From Epiperipatus broadwayi (taxonomy: Eukaryota > Animalia > Onychophora): DNA of 64,000 nt. Positions 11,700 to 24,400 of the stretch are shown here, piece after piece. How positions within the stretch are numbered: position 1 is the stretch's first letter; the number at the start of each line of letters is the position of its first letter. The notes beneath the pieces are model-generated. The model saw nothing but the letters and a program-made list of their open reading frames with translations, did no database searches and had not been told where the DNA came from. The translations under genes and the position numbers were made by a program. The stretch spans positions 12,462,001-12,526,000 of the forward strand of contig JAQFVV010000004.1 in assembly GCA_028023455.1 (NCBI GenBank), read 5' to 3'.

Positions 11700-13620
11700 T
11701 AGAAATCTTATAAACTTCAATATGAATGCTCTTCTGCTTTCTTTATTGTCTATTAATGGCAATGATAAGCACTGGTTTATAAATATTATAGACTATTAAG
11801 TTAAGTTGATATATAGGATTACTTGTCATTGTTAGATGAGCAGCATCTTTAAATTTTAATCTTTCTTATTTTCACTTATCTGTCCAATATTTTTATTTTT
11901 TCCCAATCAAACATAATTTCACTAATATAAACAGGGTATTTTATTATATATATATTCTATTTTTTCCTCTCTAATCATTGCATGATGTCCTTTTAATAAT
12001 TTTTCAATAGGGCAGGTGGTGTTTCCAATGCTGTATTTCCACATTCACATTGTATTTCTTAGTAGTCATCTTCACATTTCAAATTTAGGTTTTATAGTAG
12101 TTAGCATGCCTTGTTCTAGGGCTTTACACAAAGCTGTTTTGATATTTCATTGACTTCAAATTTTCATTATATCCTCTGCTATCATTGTAGATAAACTATT
12201 GAATCTATAATAAATTTTTCATTTGCATATTTCTTTTGTTGTCTATTTAATATTTTTTTGTCCATAGCTTATAGATAATCATTCTTCAAAATAGTTTTTA
12301 TTATGTAGGCTTCTTCTTCTTCCATGATAAAGGCTTCTATATGAAACCCTTTCTCTCCATTCCATAATGATATTATAATTCTCCTTTTTCTCTTTCTCTA
12401 TGATTGAATGCATATGCCAAATATATACTTCTGTGTGAAGGATTGCTGTAAACCATAGTTTTGATTTTGCTATAGAGTAGTGTTATCACAAGAAGATATA
12501 AGAATGGCAATTTTTGTACTTATTCTAATTCTCGTAAATGGTCCACGTAACATCTGCATATAAATTTGCATAAAATTTGCATAGTTTTACAGTTATTAAC
12601 AGAATAACTTGCCATGAATATGGGACTGTAGACTGTCCCGAAAGCGCTTGGCAGTAAAAAATTTTGACAATTTATTAATAGCTTCATTAACTGTGTGCAG
12701 AGCACATATATATATATTAATTTATGTAAGCTTAAATGGAGATGTGATGCCATGTTCAGAATTTACATAATAGTGGATGTGGAGAGTTTTGCCACTGTGA
12801 GTCACCATGTTAGCGAAGCTAGACTTTAAGTGGAGATAGAATAGTATTTATAGTTGTGGCTTTAAGTTCTTCAAAATGTTGCTGATCAGAAATGACTATA
12901 ATGAACCCAACTGTAAATTGGTTTTGTTATAATAATTCAATGCTTTATTAAAAGTATGTTGTTGCTAAGCAGAATGTTAACAGTTACATTACATCCTTAA
13001 CACAAAAAGTTGTTCTGATATGAAACTATAGTTAGCATTTAATCTTTTTTTTCTTAAAAAATAGACAATATTTTATCACGGAATACTTTTGTGAATAAAC
13101 ATTCCACATTAAATTTTACCAATTAATCTTTTTTTTTCTATTTTCTTTCTCTTAATTAATTCCACAAAGAACAAAAAAGAATCTTAAAAAAAAGTCTTGA
13201 CATGTTCTGACACTGTTAATTTCTAGAACTAAGAATACATCTTAAGGGAACATGTTTTTTTGTGTGTGTGTGAATTCTAGGTAGACTATAATGATGTGGA
13301 ATTTTGTTGAAGTATTAAATTTTTTTTTCTGAATCAATGTTATACCTATGATGCTTTCTGAGTATTGCTTGTAAATTTGTTTATATAGGGGATATGGGAT
13401 TTTCTTTTGCAAATTTGGTGTTATGAAGATGTTTTCTATTTTGCTGTCATAATCAGCAGTGTCCATTATACAACAGTAGCATTTTCTTTGTCATCAGGGA
13501 GAATGATTATAGATTTTCTAGTTTGAAAAATTTGATAGTTTTTTCTCAATGTAGGTAATGTTTGATATTAGCTTTTTTCTCAATGTATCTCTCAAAAATT
13601 CTTTTCATTCATATTATTCA
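11700..13620 (-). mobile_element. Penelope-like element remnant PLE3 (N-term, RT, thumb, GIY-YIG), interrupted at about 12900-13240
   Basis: PDDKENATVV.MDTADYDSKI, AFGTVYSPIF, RCYVDH, KLPFLYLLV...KTMVYSNPSH, EIQCECGN..IGNTTCPIEKLLKGHH, FDWEK.KILD. Confidence 0.85.
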
Positions 13621-15334
13621 TTTCCAAAACTATGTAATCACTAACTCCAATTCTTTCCTCACAACACACATATGTTCCAACACACACACACACACACTAG
13701 TGACTGATTTACAAACATGGAGATATATTTTATTTCTATGAATTAATAAATACATTTTAATTTAATGTCTTCACTTCTTAATTTATTATTTATGACACAA
13801 ATATTATTTTAACCAAAAAACTTATTTTAAATAATTTAAATAGTTATTTCTATCAGTTCAAATATATATATAAATCAATTAAATAATTTAAATTTTTATA
13901 AAATGATTATTGCCTTCTGATTTTTTTCAGATAATATCTCAAAAATAATATGGCATTACTTCTAGTACATTTAATAAATTCATTAGATCAATTAAATCAT
14001 TCACTAAATTTCCCATACAATAATAAAAACTTTAATTTCAGACTTAGAGCAAAAGACATCTTTCCAATTCTTGATAATGTTTTTTCATAAAATTTGATAA
14101 AATTTACTTTTTTATTACCACTCTATATTTACAACATTGATATATATCCTCATTCTTTATTAATATATAACATGTTTATTATAAATTAATAGTACTTTGG
14201 ATTTTATTTACTTATATATATAACTCAATAGTTTAAAACTAAATGAAAGGGAAATAATGAGATCGATGATCACGAGATAACATTTAATTTTTTCAACGTT
14301 TTAAAAAAATTTATGAATTTAAAACTAAATGCAGCTCTTACAATTTCTTCATTGAGTTTGAGACTCTAAGACTTTGAATATATAAAATCGATTTCCTCAT
14401 AGTTTCTACATTTCGTGAAGCTTCGGGCAATTTTTCAAATAGTAATTTAACCAACTATTTCTCAACATGGGCAAATAACTGAATAGTTTGTCAACAATGT
14501 TTTAATTCTTGTTCTTAGTTATTTTTGAAATATTTATAAGACGTGTAAATTAATTCTTGATAGTTATTAACTCATGGTTTAAGCAAAAATAATACAAATC
14601 ATTCATTTTTAAAGAATAAACATTTTTATATTGAAAATACATTTAAAACTTAAACTAAACCTTCAAAAAAATATTTTACCTGAAGTTGAAAATATGCTGC
14701 ACCATTTATCAAAGTAGATTTTCATCTTGTCAGAAGAATTTAAGTAGTTTGTTTTACTCAGATATGATATGTTTTAATCAAATAAAATTAATTTATGATG
14801 CAAATATACAAGTGGCCCCCTCTTTTCTTTATCAATTCTTGAAAGAGCAAGGGCATTTATTATCTCACTAATGCTTCTGAAGATTTTTTTCTTTCACATA
14901 GTTTTCCCCAAGTTTTTAGATCAATAAATCCAATAAAACATCTGAAAGCCTTTCTAACTAATTATGATATATAGCAAAAGAACTGAAAAACAACGTCTAT
15001 ATTTTTTAAGTATTTTATAATTTTATCGAAAAAAATAGACATATTTGTTATGGCTAATAACATAATTTTTGTTTTTTCTCTTTAAACAAAAAATTTCTTT
15101 AAAATGTAAACTTTAATTTTTTAACTTATACTTTTAAAACTTTCCCAGATATCATTTAGTCAAAATAAAATTTGTCATTTAGAATGTATCAAGAAATTCA
15201 TTTGGATCTATTTTTAAACAAAAGAATGAAAATATAAAAATATTTCTTATTTACTTTATAATAATATTTAAGTAGAAGTATATAACACATAGTTTTAATC
15301 TAGACGTAGAGGTGATATTGGAAATCATTTATCT

Positions 15335-15425
15335 TTTTGCATGTATGTAATCATGGGTCTCGGTTCTATAAGAGAGAGTTGATGACTAAAGGGAGCTTGA
15401 AAGTCTGGATTCAAACCCATTCTCT
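15335..15425 (+). repeat. Degenerate family A copy
   Basis: catgtatgtaatcatgg...aagggagcttgaaagtctggattcaaaccc aligns with the family A core. Confidence 0.55.
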
Positions 15426-16690
15426 AATTACTTTATAATAAAAAGCTTACTTATAAAAAAACATTCTAAAATAATTGAAATATAAGTTTTATTTACTATA
15501 TAAGTTTTTATATAATTTCATTTTTTTCTCATATTTAGTCACATACATAAATATTTCACAATGTTTGTGCACACATAACGATGTTTAAATTTATTGACTC
15601 ACAAAATATTGATATGGCTAAATAAATCAACTTCTGAGATCCTTTCTTCTTACTCAATTCTGATACTTTTCTAAATTACACCTAAATACAAATATAGTTA
15701 TTTCTCACTCTTTAAAATATTTAATTTTATCCAAATAAAAAGGATAATCTTAGGTAAATGACATAATATCAAGTGAAAAGAAAATCTATTAAGAATCAAA
15801 TAAATAGAATGTTTAAATTTAACTGAAATTTTCTTTTAATTACAGATGTATATAATTAAATAGAATCTCATATATAGAATATAGAAGTCTCTTAATTACA
15901 GATATGTATAATTAAAAACAGGTTTCTGAATAACATTGAAAAAAATATAATTCTCTTTATTTTATGTCGATATCCAGTGCAAAAACTTATCATAAAAAGT
16001 AATACATTATATATATACACACACTTCCCTATCTTCTTTAACTGCATCTAATTCAACAAGTTTAGCAGAAAAGCATGATATGAAAAAAAGATTAGAAGAT
16101 TTGAATTATACATAGCATAAATTTAACTACAATATAAAATGCAAATGAGACTGTTTAATAATAAGTCAATTCAATTTATTGTAAGTACAGGTCTATAGCA
16201 AATACCTATTACAGATTGACGTTATATATATATATAATTGAAAAGTGGAAGTAACTACCTCCAACTGAGTTATGTAACATCGAAAACCACGAAAATATAG
16301 AATGATACCATTCTATCTTTAGCTAAGCTCTATTGTTATATAAGCTTAGTTTTTTTGACTTGGGTTTATAAATTATAGGGTGAATTTTGTCTTTTGTTTT
16401 AATTTATGTACAGAATAAATGTTCTGAAATTCCCATTAACATATTCAGAGGATGAAGAAAGAGTCTTACTTTTAACAATCTCTGAACATTAAATAAATTA
16501 CATATTAGTTTTAATAAATATAATACTCAGTAGTCATAACTTTTTTAATATCTGCAATTGAAAAGTGTAAGTAATTACTAATCATTGAGTTGTAGAATGT
16601 CAAAAACCATGAAAAGAAAGAATGATATCATTCTACCTTTAGGCTCTGTTGTTACAAAAAAATTAATTTGTTTTTTTTTCATATGTCAAA

Positions 16691-16762
16691 TGCGTTGACC
16701 GGGAAGCGAACCCGGTCTAGCTGCCTGAAAGGCAGCTATGCTAACTGCTAGGCCACCAATGC
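16691..16762 (-). pseudogene. Retroposed tRNA-Gly(TCC)-derived pseudogene whose anticodon reads TTC
   Basis: GCATTGGTGGCCTAGCAGTTAGCATAGCTGCCTTTCAGGCAGCTAGACCGGGTTCGCTTCCCGGTCAACGCA has a eukaryotic Gly-TCC backbone and an acceptor-stem mismatch. It is followed by TTTGACATATG and an A-tract and is absent from the neighbouring family G unit. Confidence 0.85.
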
Positions 16763-16937
16763 TTGACAGTTTGACTTGGTTTTTAGATTATAGGGTCAAT
16801 TTTGTCAATTGTTTTAATTTACATAGACTAAATGCTCTGAAATTCTTATTAATATATAGATGATAAACAAAATTCAGGCTATAATTTAAAAATCAAATCA
16901 AAAACTAAGATTATATAATAAAAGAGCCTAAAGATAC

Positions 16938-17140
16938 TGAACCCACCCTGGCACCTCTCTGAGGAGTGCCAAAGCATGAAACCATGGTCAGGGATTGGGG
17001 GGGGAGGGATTCCTGACAGAGATATTTTAAGTGCTGGCTCTGGCTAAGCATTTATCACAAAGCTTGTTGAGGAATTGGCAATCCTCACTGTTTATAACTT
17101 ACAAGCTTAAGAGATGTGGTCATGTGATCTATGACTCTTA
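16938..17140 (+). mobile_element. Family E hammerhead mini-element inserted into a reverse family G unit
   Basis: GC-richer island with an HHR at 16955-16993, ending acaagcttaagagatgtggtcatgtgatctatgac. The family G sequence breaks at gagcctaaagata and resumes at aaatggtatcg. Confidence 0.75.
16955..16993 (+). ncRNA. Type I hammerhead ribozyme, family E
   Basis: ctct CTGAGGA gtgc(caaa)gcat GAAA c(catg)g TC aggg: canonical core with palindromic ccatgg stem III. Confidence 0.85.
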
Positions 17141-17648
17141 TTTTGACTATTTATAAAATGGTATCGTTCTATCTTTTCATAGTTTTTGATGTTTCATAAT
17201 TCAGTGGGAGGAACTAGTTCTGTTTTTCAATTAGATATCTAAAAAGTTATGATTATTTATTATTATATTTATTAAAACTAATATGTCATTTAATGTTCAG
17301 AGATTGTTAAAAGACTCATTCTTCATCCTCTGAATATATTAATGGGAACTTCAGAGCATTTAATCTTTACATAAATTAAAACAATAGACAAGATTCACTC
17401 TATAATTTAAAAACTAAGTCAAAAACTACAATTATATAACAACAGAGCCTAAAGATAGAATGGCATAATACTTTCTTTTTGTGGTTTTTTGATATTATAT
17501 AACTCAGTGAGTGGTAGTTAATTCTGTTTTTCAATTATTGATATTTAAACAAAAGTTATGATTATTTATTTTTTATATATATAAAATAAAAATGAATACA
17601 AAATACATGTAAAAAATAATAACAGAATAAATCAGTAGAAAATTTCAC

Positions 17649-17915
17649 TTAAAGATGTTCTAATTATAAATTTATTTAAACGCACATTGATTAAGTAAAT
17701 AATATTCATTAAGGCTGTAGCCTCAAGCACATGCGTATAAAATGCGATAGTAGGGACCTCTACAGGTCTTAAAACCGCAAGCTTACTCATTGGAAGGGTT
17801 TTCTTCCAATGAGTAAGCTTGTGGTTTTAAGACCTATAGAGGTCCCTACTATCGCATTTTATACGCATGTGCTTGAGGCTACAGCCTTAATGAATATTAT
17901 TATTAAAGATGTTCT
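17649..17915. mobile_element. Near-perfect 204-bp palindrome inserted with a 13-bp TSD and a 36-bp one-sided tail
   Basis: 99-bp arms at 17698-17796 and 17803-17901 with 2 mismatches and a 6-nt loop. ttaaagatgttct at 17649-17661 and 17903-17915. Unpaired segment at 17662-17697. Confidence 0.9.
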
Positions 17916-20900
17916 GTAAAATTTTATAAATACAACTGCAAAATTATAAATTCAATCAATATATTAATCATCTTGCTAAATGTGATATTATAGAGCTCAT
18001 CCTTGTAAAAATCACAGATTTCTTAAATTACATATATTAAATAAATGATATGTAGAATACTTTCTAAAAGATGTAAATAATTAACCTTAATATGGTTGTC
18101 ATGGGAGAGCTAGACTCTATTTATGTTATAAAGATTACCATAGACACAATCATTGTCAAAAAAAGGCAATGTTTATTGTTTTCAATATGGCAGAGAATAA
18201 AATACATTGGGAACTACAATTAGATATGATGTTGAAGTATATATAAAAAAAAAATTTTCTGCAGAAGAAGTTAAAAGACACTATTGCAAAATATCAAATA
18301 AATTAAAAAAAATGTATCAGCATGTACTATACGTGAATGTATTTGTGTTCCACAGATTGGTTTGTGGAGTCATTGCAAAATTCAATTGTATTATTATTAA
18401 TAGGAGTAATATTGACTTGATGTTGGAATAGTCATACTCATGTGCAAACTATGCAATTGATGATAATAAATAATAGGATGCATTATCATTGTTGTAATAA
18501 TATTAAATTAAATAAAATTAAAAAATTGCCATCAGGACATAAATAATTTCCTTTTTAAATAGACATAACTTTTATTATTTTCATATTAAAACCAATGACT
18601 ATTGTTTTGATAAATAAACAATATAAAATTATATAAATATTTATTAGAAAAATTTTAAATAACTTCATTCACTTTCAATGCTAAGTAACAGGCAATCAAA
18701 TGTGTGCTCTATTTGGACAGTAATTAAACATATGCTAAAACATATATTCATATAAAGCATAAACATGATCCCATTCATTTTATGTACAGTGCCCAAATAT
18801 GTAGGTAGAATTTGAGACTGTTGTTTAAAATTACTGCCATAATATTATATTCAAATAATAAAATGCTTTATTTTAAATGCAAAGATGGAACATAACATAT
18901 CTTTTTACCACACATGACAACAAGCCACAATATGTTATATCTAAGCAAAATAAAAACATTCCAATGACCTTTTAGATAAGCTCAACTGTAAAATACAAGA
19001 GCAGTGATATATATTATACCTACCCAGATTAAAGCTGTATGTTACAGTATATGAAAAAAAGTTGAATTAATCAATCTTATAAAATTCATTGATCAAAAAT
19101 GATATCCATATATACATCATGGGGTTTGTATTCATCACAAATACATAAATGAAATCTCAAATTTTAACAATAGAATATTTTATAGCTTACTTGCAATACA
19201 ACAGATGTTTTTTATTATTATATTTTGCCATTTTCCCTGGAATTTCATCAATAAACTGCCCTAAATTGAATGAGCAGACATTTACATTTTTTTATTCTTC
19301 CATTATTTTAGAAATTAATTATTTTTAAAGTAAAATTAATAATTTTTAAAGACAAATGTAAAAGCACCTAGAGTTGAAATGGTTCAGTTCTATTTATAAT
19401 CTCTCTTTGCTGATGTTAATGTTATTAAGACAACTGTTCAATTGAACTCAATGATAACTCAATCCAGTCTAATAAAATTTGCCTGCATTTAATAAATAAA
19501 AATGAAGATTAAAAATAATGGATGCAGTAAAAATAAAAGAAAAATTTTTCATTTTATGATTTCAATGTTATTTTTTCATTTTTAACCAAAAACCAAGAAT
19601 TCACATGACACTGCTATACCTTCTAATGAATATATATATATGTTTAACCTATTTTTAATAATATATTCCAATAAACTAATTAATAAACAAATATATATGA
19701 AATATGAAATATTTAAGATTGTAACAAGCAAACTGTTATTGTAAATGTAATAACAAAATAGACACATAATAATTAATAATGATGATTTTATTCAAGTGGT
19801 TTATTTTATGATTCACTTAATTATTATCCAGGATCTATTTATTTATTCACTTATTTATATTTTTCCCTAAAATTGATCACAACCAATTTATAATTTTATG
19901 CTAGTATTAATAATAAATAATATTATTTTAAAATATTTGGTTGCCATGGTTACATAGTTAACATTTATAATTTAACACTTCCATTATCCATAAAACAAGT
20001 CAAAGGAAATTAAATAAAATCAACAAACTTTTTTTTCATCTACTGAAACAGACAGCTCTAATTTGGGGAGGTACAATATATAATTTCTGGATATATTTTC
20101 ATCATACAAATTTAAGCTATATTTATTTCTAATGAGAACACAAATCTATCATCCTTAGGGATTTATGTTATATCTTTAATAATATTGCAAAATGCTATTA
20201 ATATTTCCATATGAATACAAAATAATATCTTTATTTCTTAATAACCCCCTTTTTACATTGATATGTAACACAACTATATATTTATACTTAACTAATATTC
20301 TCAAAAGAAATACAAATATATAGGCAATTCTAAAATTTTTTTATCATAATTAAATTAATTTTAAACAGTACAGCTAAGGCATTTGTTCATTCTCATTTAA
20401 ACAATCTCACCATTAATATTTGGTAAATACATATGGGTGCAATTACTAATAGATATGTTGAGCTAAGTAACCATAAAAATATTTTTATTTTTCATTCCCT
20501 GTTGTATCTGATTCATGGATGAAATTCATGTTTTATCTACAAAATATCATTTTAACTCACATACTTATCAATCTCTATTTCATGGAATGGATAGGCATTT
20601 AATTGCAAATAAAATAAAATAAAATAGAATTGAGTTTTTTATATTAGAAATTTCTTTTGCATATATATATATTATGAACTTTAAAATAACTATGATTTTA
20701 AAAATTTTGTTGAATATAAATAATACATATTTTAAACAACAAAAATTATTATATAGATATTGGAATAATTCTAAAAGTAATAATTTCTTTATGAAAATAG
20801 TTTTGAGTAAGACTGAATCCTCAATATTTTCAAAGTAACAAATACATAATAATCAAAGACAATAATCCTAAAATTGAATATGTGAATAAAAGATTTCAGC

Positions 20901-20924
20901 AACAATAGGAAATATATATATATC

Positions 20925-21030
20925 ACCCAGTGGCTGACTTGTATGATCAAGTCGAAACGTTGGTTTACCAATATTTAAATTTTTTACATGGATGAACCCG
21001 CAAAATATGTCTGAACCCGCAAAATATGTC
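20925..21030 (+). other. Degenerate hammerhead-like motif (possible PLE terminus) followed by a 19-bp tandem duplication
   Basis: gacttg(tatgat)caagtc-GAAA-cg-T-T-gg has stems II and III but no CUGANGA core. tgaacccgcaaaatatgtc occurs twice (20993-21030). Confidence 0.35.
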
Positions 21031-21486
21031 TTTTATATATATCTTCTATTAGAATGTGAACATATTTCATAGCACATTACACTTAAAAAACCTTAGATAA
21101 GAAAAGCATTTTAGAGAATCTTCAAAATTGAAAAACAGTGATTGTTTACCCCCACATTTCATTGATTATCATCTAACATTAAATAATTTTCATTATATAT
21201 TATTTTTCTTCTATAAAATGATGTTTTAATTTTTTTTCTTTCAAAACTTTCATCTACGGTTCCTCGATTATTTTTATCCAATTCTCATTCTAGAACTCAT
21301 GATAACAATTGAATATTCTTTATTTATAAAATTATTTACTTTATAACAAAAAATAAAATAGAATTTCACATTTTTCCAACTTTTCAGCCAATACAAATCA
21401 ACAAATATAAGCAAGAAGCACTTAACTAAAACATTTACTATGCTACAACACAACTTTTATTGGTGATAATAATTGAAAGACTAATT

Positions 21487-24400
21487 GATGATGTGCTGTA
21501 CTGTGGCTTCTCCTTTTTCAGAGTCAGGAATCTCTCAGCATCTATGCCCAGAGAAAACTGTTAGCCATCTTACCTTTCCTTTTCATTCCCAACATTGTTT
21601 TCCCCGTATTCTCTTGTATCATGATACATCCCATTTCCACAACATAATCTTTGTCAACTACATGATCTTTATATCTAAATTCCCATTGTCTTTTCCCAAA
21701 CCCAGCATAAAAACCAATAACCCACTTTCTGTATAATCACTTTGTTCATATTTAATCTTCCATAACTTCATTATATGTATTCTTTCTGCTTGCAGGTATT
21801 TGCATTTAACTAACAGAAGCCTGATATTTTTTACGCCATCCTTACACAACTTACAGATTAAATCACCCATATTTTTCCATTTATGTGTATATTCTCCTGT
21901 TGCTAAAGATCCTGAATGAACCTTAAACAGTAAACTATTATCCTTACTATTATCATAAATTTAATTGCACCAAATACTCTGTTTACTTCTATATATATTT
22001 AAACTCATTTTACTCTCCATACTAATTCTTCATCTCTCCAACTCCTTATTTTTTTGTTAATGTATCTATTTTTCAATCTCATTCCTTGCCTCTATAATAC
22101 TCAAAAATTCTCATAACACAATTATACCATCTTTTGTATAAGTGTACTAACATAAATTCTTTATTCAAATCTTCTGCATATTATAGTACCTTTCTCACTC
22201 ACCTTGTTGCCTGTCCTTTACTTATAACCCAATTAAATACTATTTTGGTTATTCTCTTACTACTCATAAACTGCAGTCTACTGAACATTTTCATTTTGCT
22301 TTTTGCATCTCTCATTTAAAAACTTGATCATCCCATTTCTCCTTGAATTGCCTACTTTACCATCTACCTATCTGTATCTAATGCATGTCTTGCTACTTCT
22401 CTTTATACTTTTTCTAAGTAATCTAACACCTTTTTACAAATGCATAATTCATCGTCACTATATGTTAACCATGCTACTGCCAATCCCTTCCATACAATTC
22501 TAGTTACATCATTAATTGTATGAAAACATTGTTAATTTCTTTATCAGTCCCTTTTTTTCTTTGGTTCATTTATCAATTTTTTCTCACTATCATGATGATT
22601 CACAAATAGTTATACCTATTCACCACATTTAACTTTATATCCTCCAGTAAAAATTATTTCTCTTCTCTTTCCTCAGCATTTAGAATCATTACTTTGATTT
22701 TTCTTCATTAAATTTAATCCACATCTCTTTACCTACCCTTGTGCATGTCTTCAGCATAACTTCCATATCTTCCCTATTTTCTATGCACAAGAAGACATCA
22801 CCCACAAATAAAATATCTGGTAATGTATATACTTCCTTGCCACCTATTAATAGTATCTCCGCCCCTCTACCTAGTCTTGCTATTGTTCTCTCCATTTCTC
22901 TCAAATACAACAAAAATAGATGAAATAGGACATTGTTGTCTAAGTCCCACTCAATTTTAACTTTAACTGATTCTATATTTCCTAACTGATATGTATATTA
23001 ATTGTTTTCATACAATCTCTTAATAAGATCCATTAAAGCTCCATCCATTCCCTAATTTACTAAACTCACCCATAATATAGTTTTATTTATTCTATCATAT
23101 GCTTTCTATATATTTATAAAAACATACGTAGCTGTCTATCTGTGTTTCTACTCATATCTCTAAGTTGTGTAACTACAAATAAAGTATCTGCTATATGCCT
23201 ATCCAATCAAAAACCTTCTTGCATTTTTCTCACTATATTATTTTCTTCCATCCATTTTGCAATCCTTCCAGCACCATATATGTGAAAACTTTATGTAACA
23301 TTGACATTACCTCTATTGGTCTATAAATGTTTAACTTTTTATGATACTTACCCTTTCCTCTAAATAGCAGCCTTGCTCTTATATTACGCCAACTATCTGG
23401 AATTTCTTTCTTCTGTGCCATCTTATTAAAAGATGATAATAGGTTTAGATGATAATAGGTTTAATTTTGCCCTATTTACTACATTCATAACAATCTCTGC
23501 TGCCCATCTATCTAACCCTCTTGCCTTTCCACTTATCAATTTCATGTCTGCCTCATTCAATTCATTTTCTGTAAACCTAATATTTCCATTACAAGAGGCT
23601 TTCATGTTTGTTATTACTCTGTCCCTCACATATAACATTTTTCTATATCCATTACATAGTTATTTAAGATTGGCTCTAATTCCTCTCCAGAGCTATACTC
23701 TGTTCCCTCATTATCTGGTAATACTATTTCTCTCTCACCTATATTTTCTTTTAATGTATTTCCAAAATTTTTTGCTCCCATCTCTTCCACTTTTGCTAAT
23801 ATCCACCAACAATTTATTATTTAATTTCATTCTCTCTATATAATTATCTATTTTAGCCAACTTTTTAAAAATACCTGTCCCATTTAACATTAACAACTTT
23901 TTCACTTTCTTTGTTCTTAATAATACACTTATATTCTCTGCATGTTTTTTCTATCTTTTACGCATTTACTAACTCTTGCTTATCTATTACTTTTATTCTT
24001 CTGAATATTCTCATCTAAAACCCTATTTGTCACTTTTTCTACTTCACCACACTAATCCTTATATTCATCCCCAACAAACTTTTTCATGATTTCTTCTACT
24101 TTTATTTCATATTCTTCTAACTTACTCTTATCATTTATTCGCCATCTACATATTTCACTACCCTTTATGTTATTCACATCATCAATTTTATTCGATATGT
24201 GCATTCACATCCCCTACAATCATTATTTTCTTCCCCCTTTTTGTAACTCTGTATATTCTTGTGTAGGCATCCATATATGCTATTGTTCCATTCCATTATA
24301 GTTTGACTATCTCCAGTGGTTATATACATTATAGCCACCATCCATTCTTGTCTTCCTAACTTATCTCAAACCACAAATGTTCTTGACATTTAACAGTATT

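Larger units (their letters stand above)
16230..17560. repeat. 1.3-kb palindromic block: two forward and two reverse copies of a ~320-bp unit (family G), with nested inserts
   Basis: Units start at about 16234 and 16555. Reverse copies lie at about 16875-17260 (split by family E) and 17260-17560. Confidence 0.8.

Noticed and set aside
19371-19485. Exon-like segments open only if TAA/TAG encode Gln (also about 14250-14880 and 50300-50480), suggesting a ciliate-type genetic code
   Set aside because: TGA-free frames are common by chance in such AT-rich DNA. The long TE ORFs here (59298-60108, 47359-47847) encode their Gln with CAR and have no in-frame TAR. C-to-T decay explains TAA at Gln positions.
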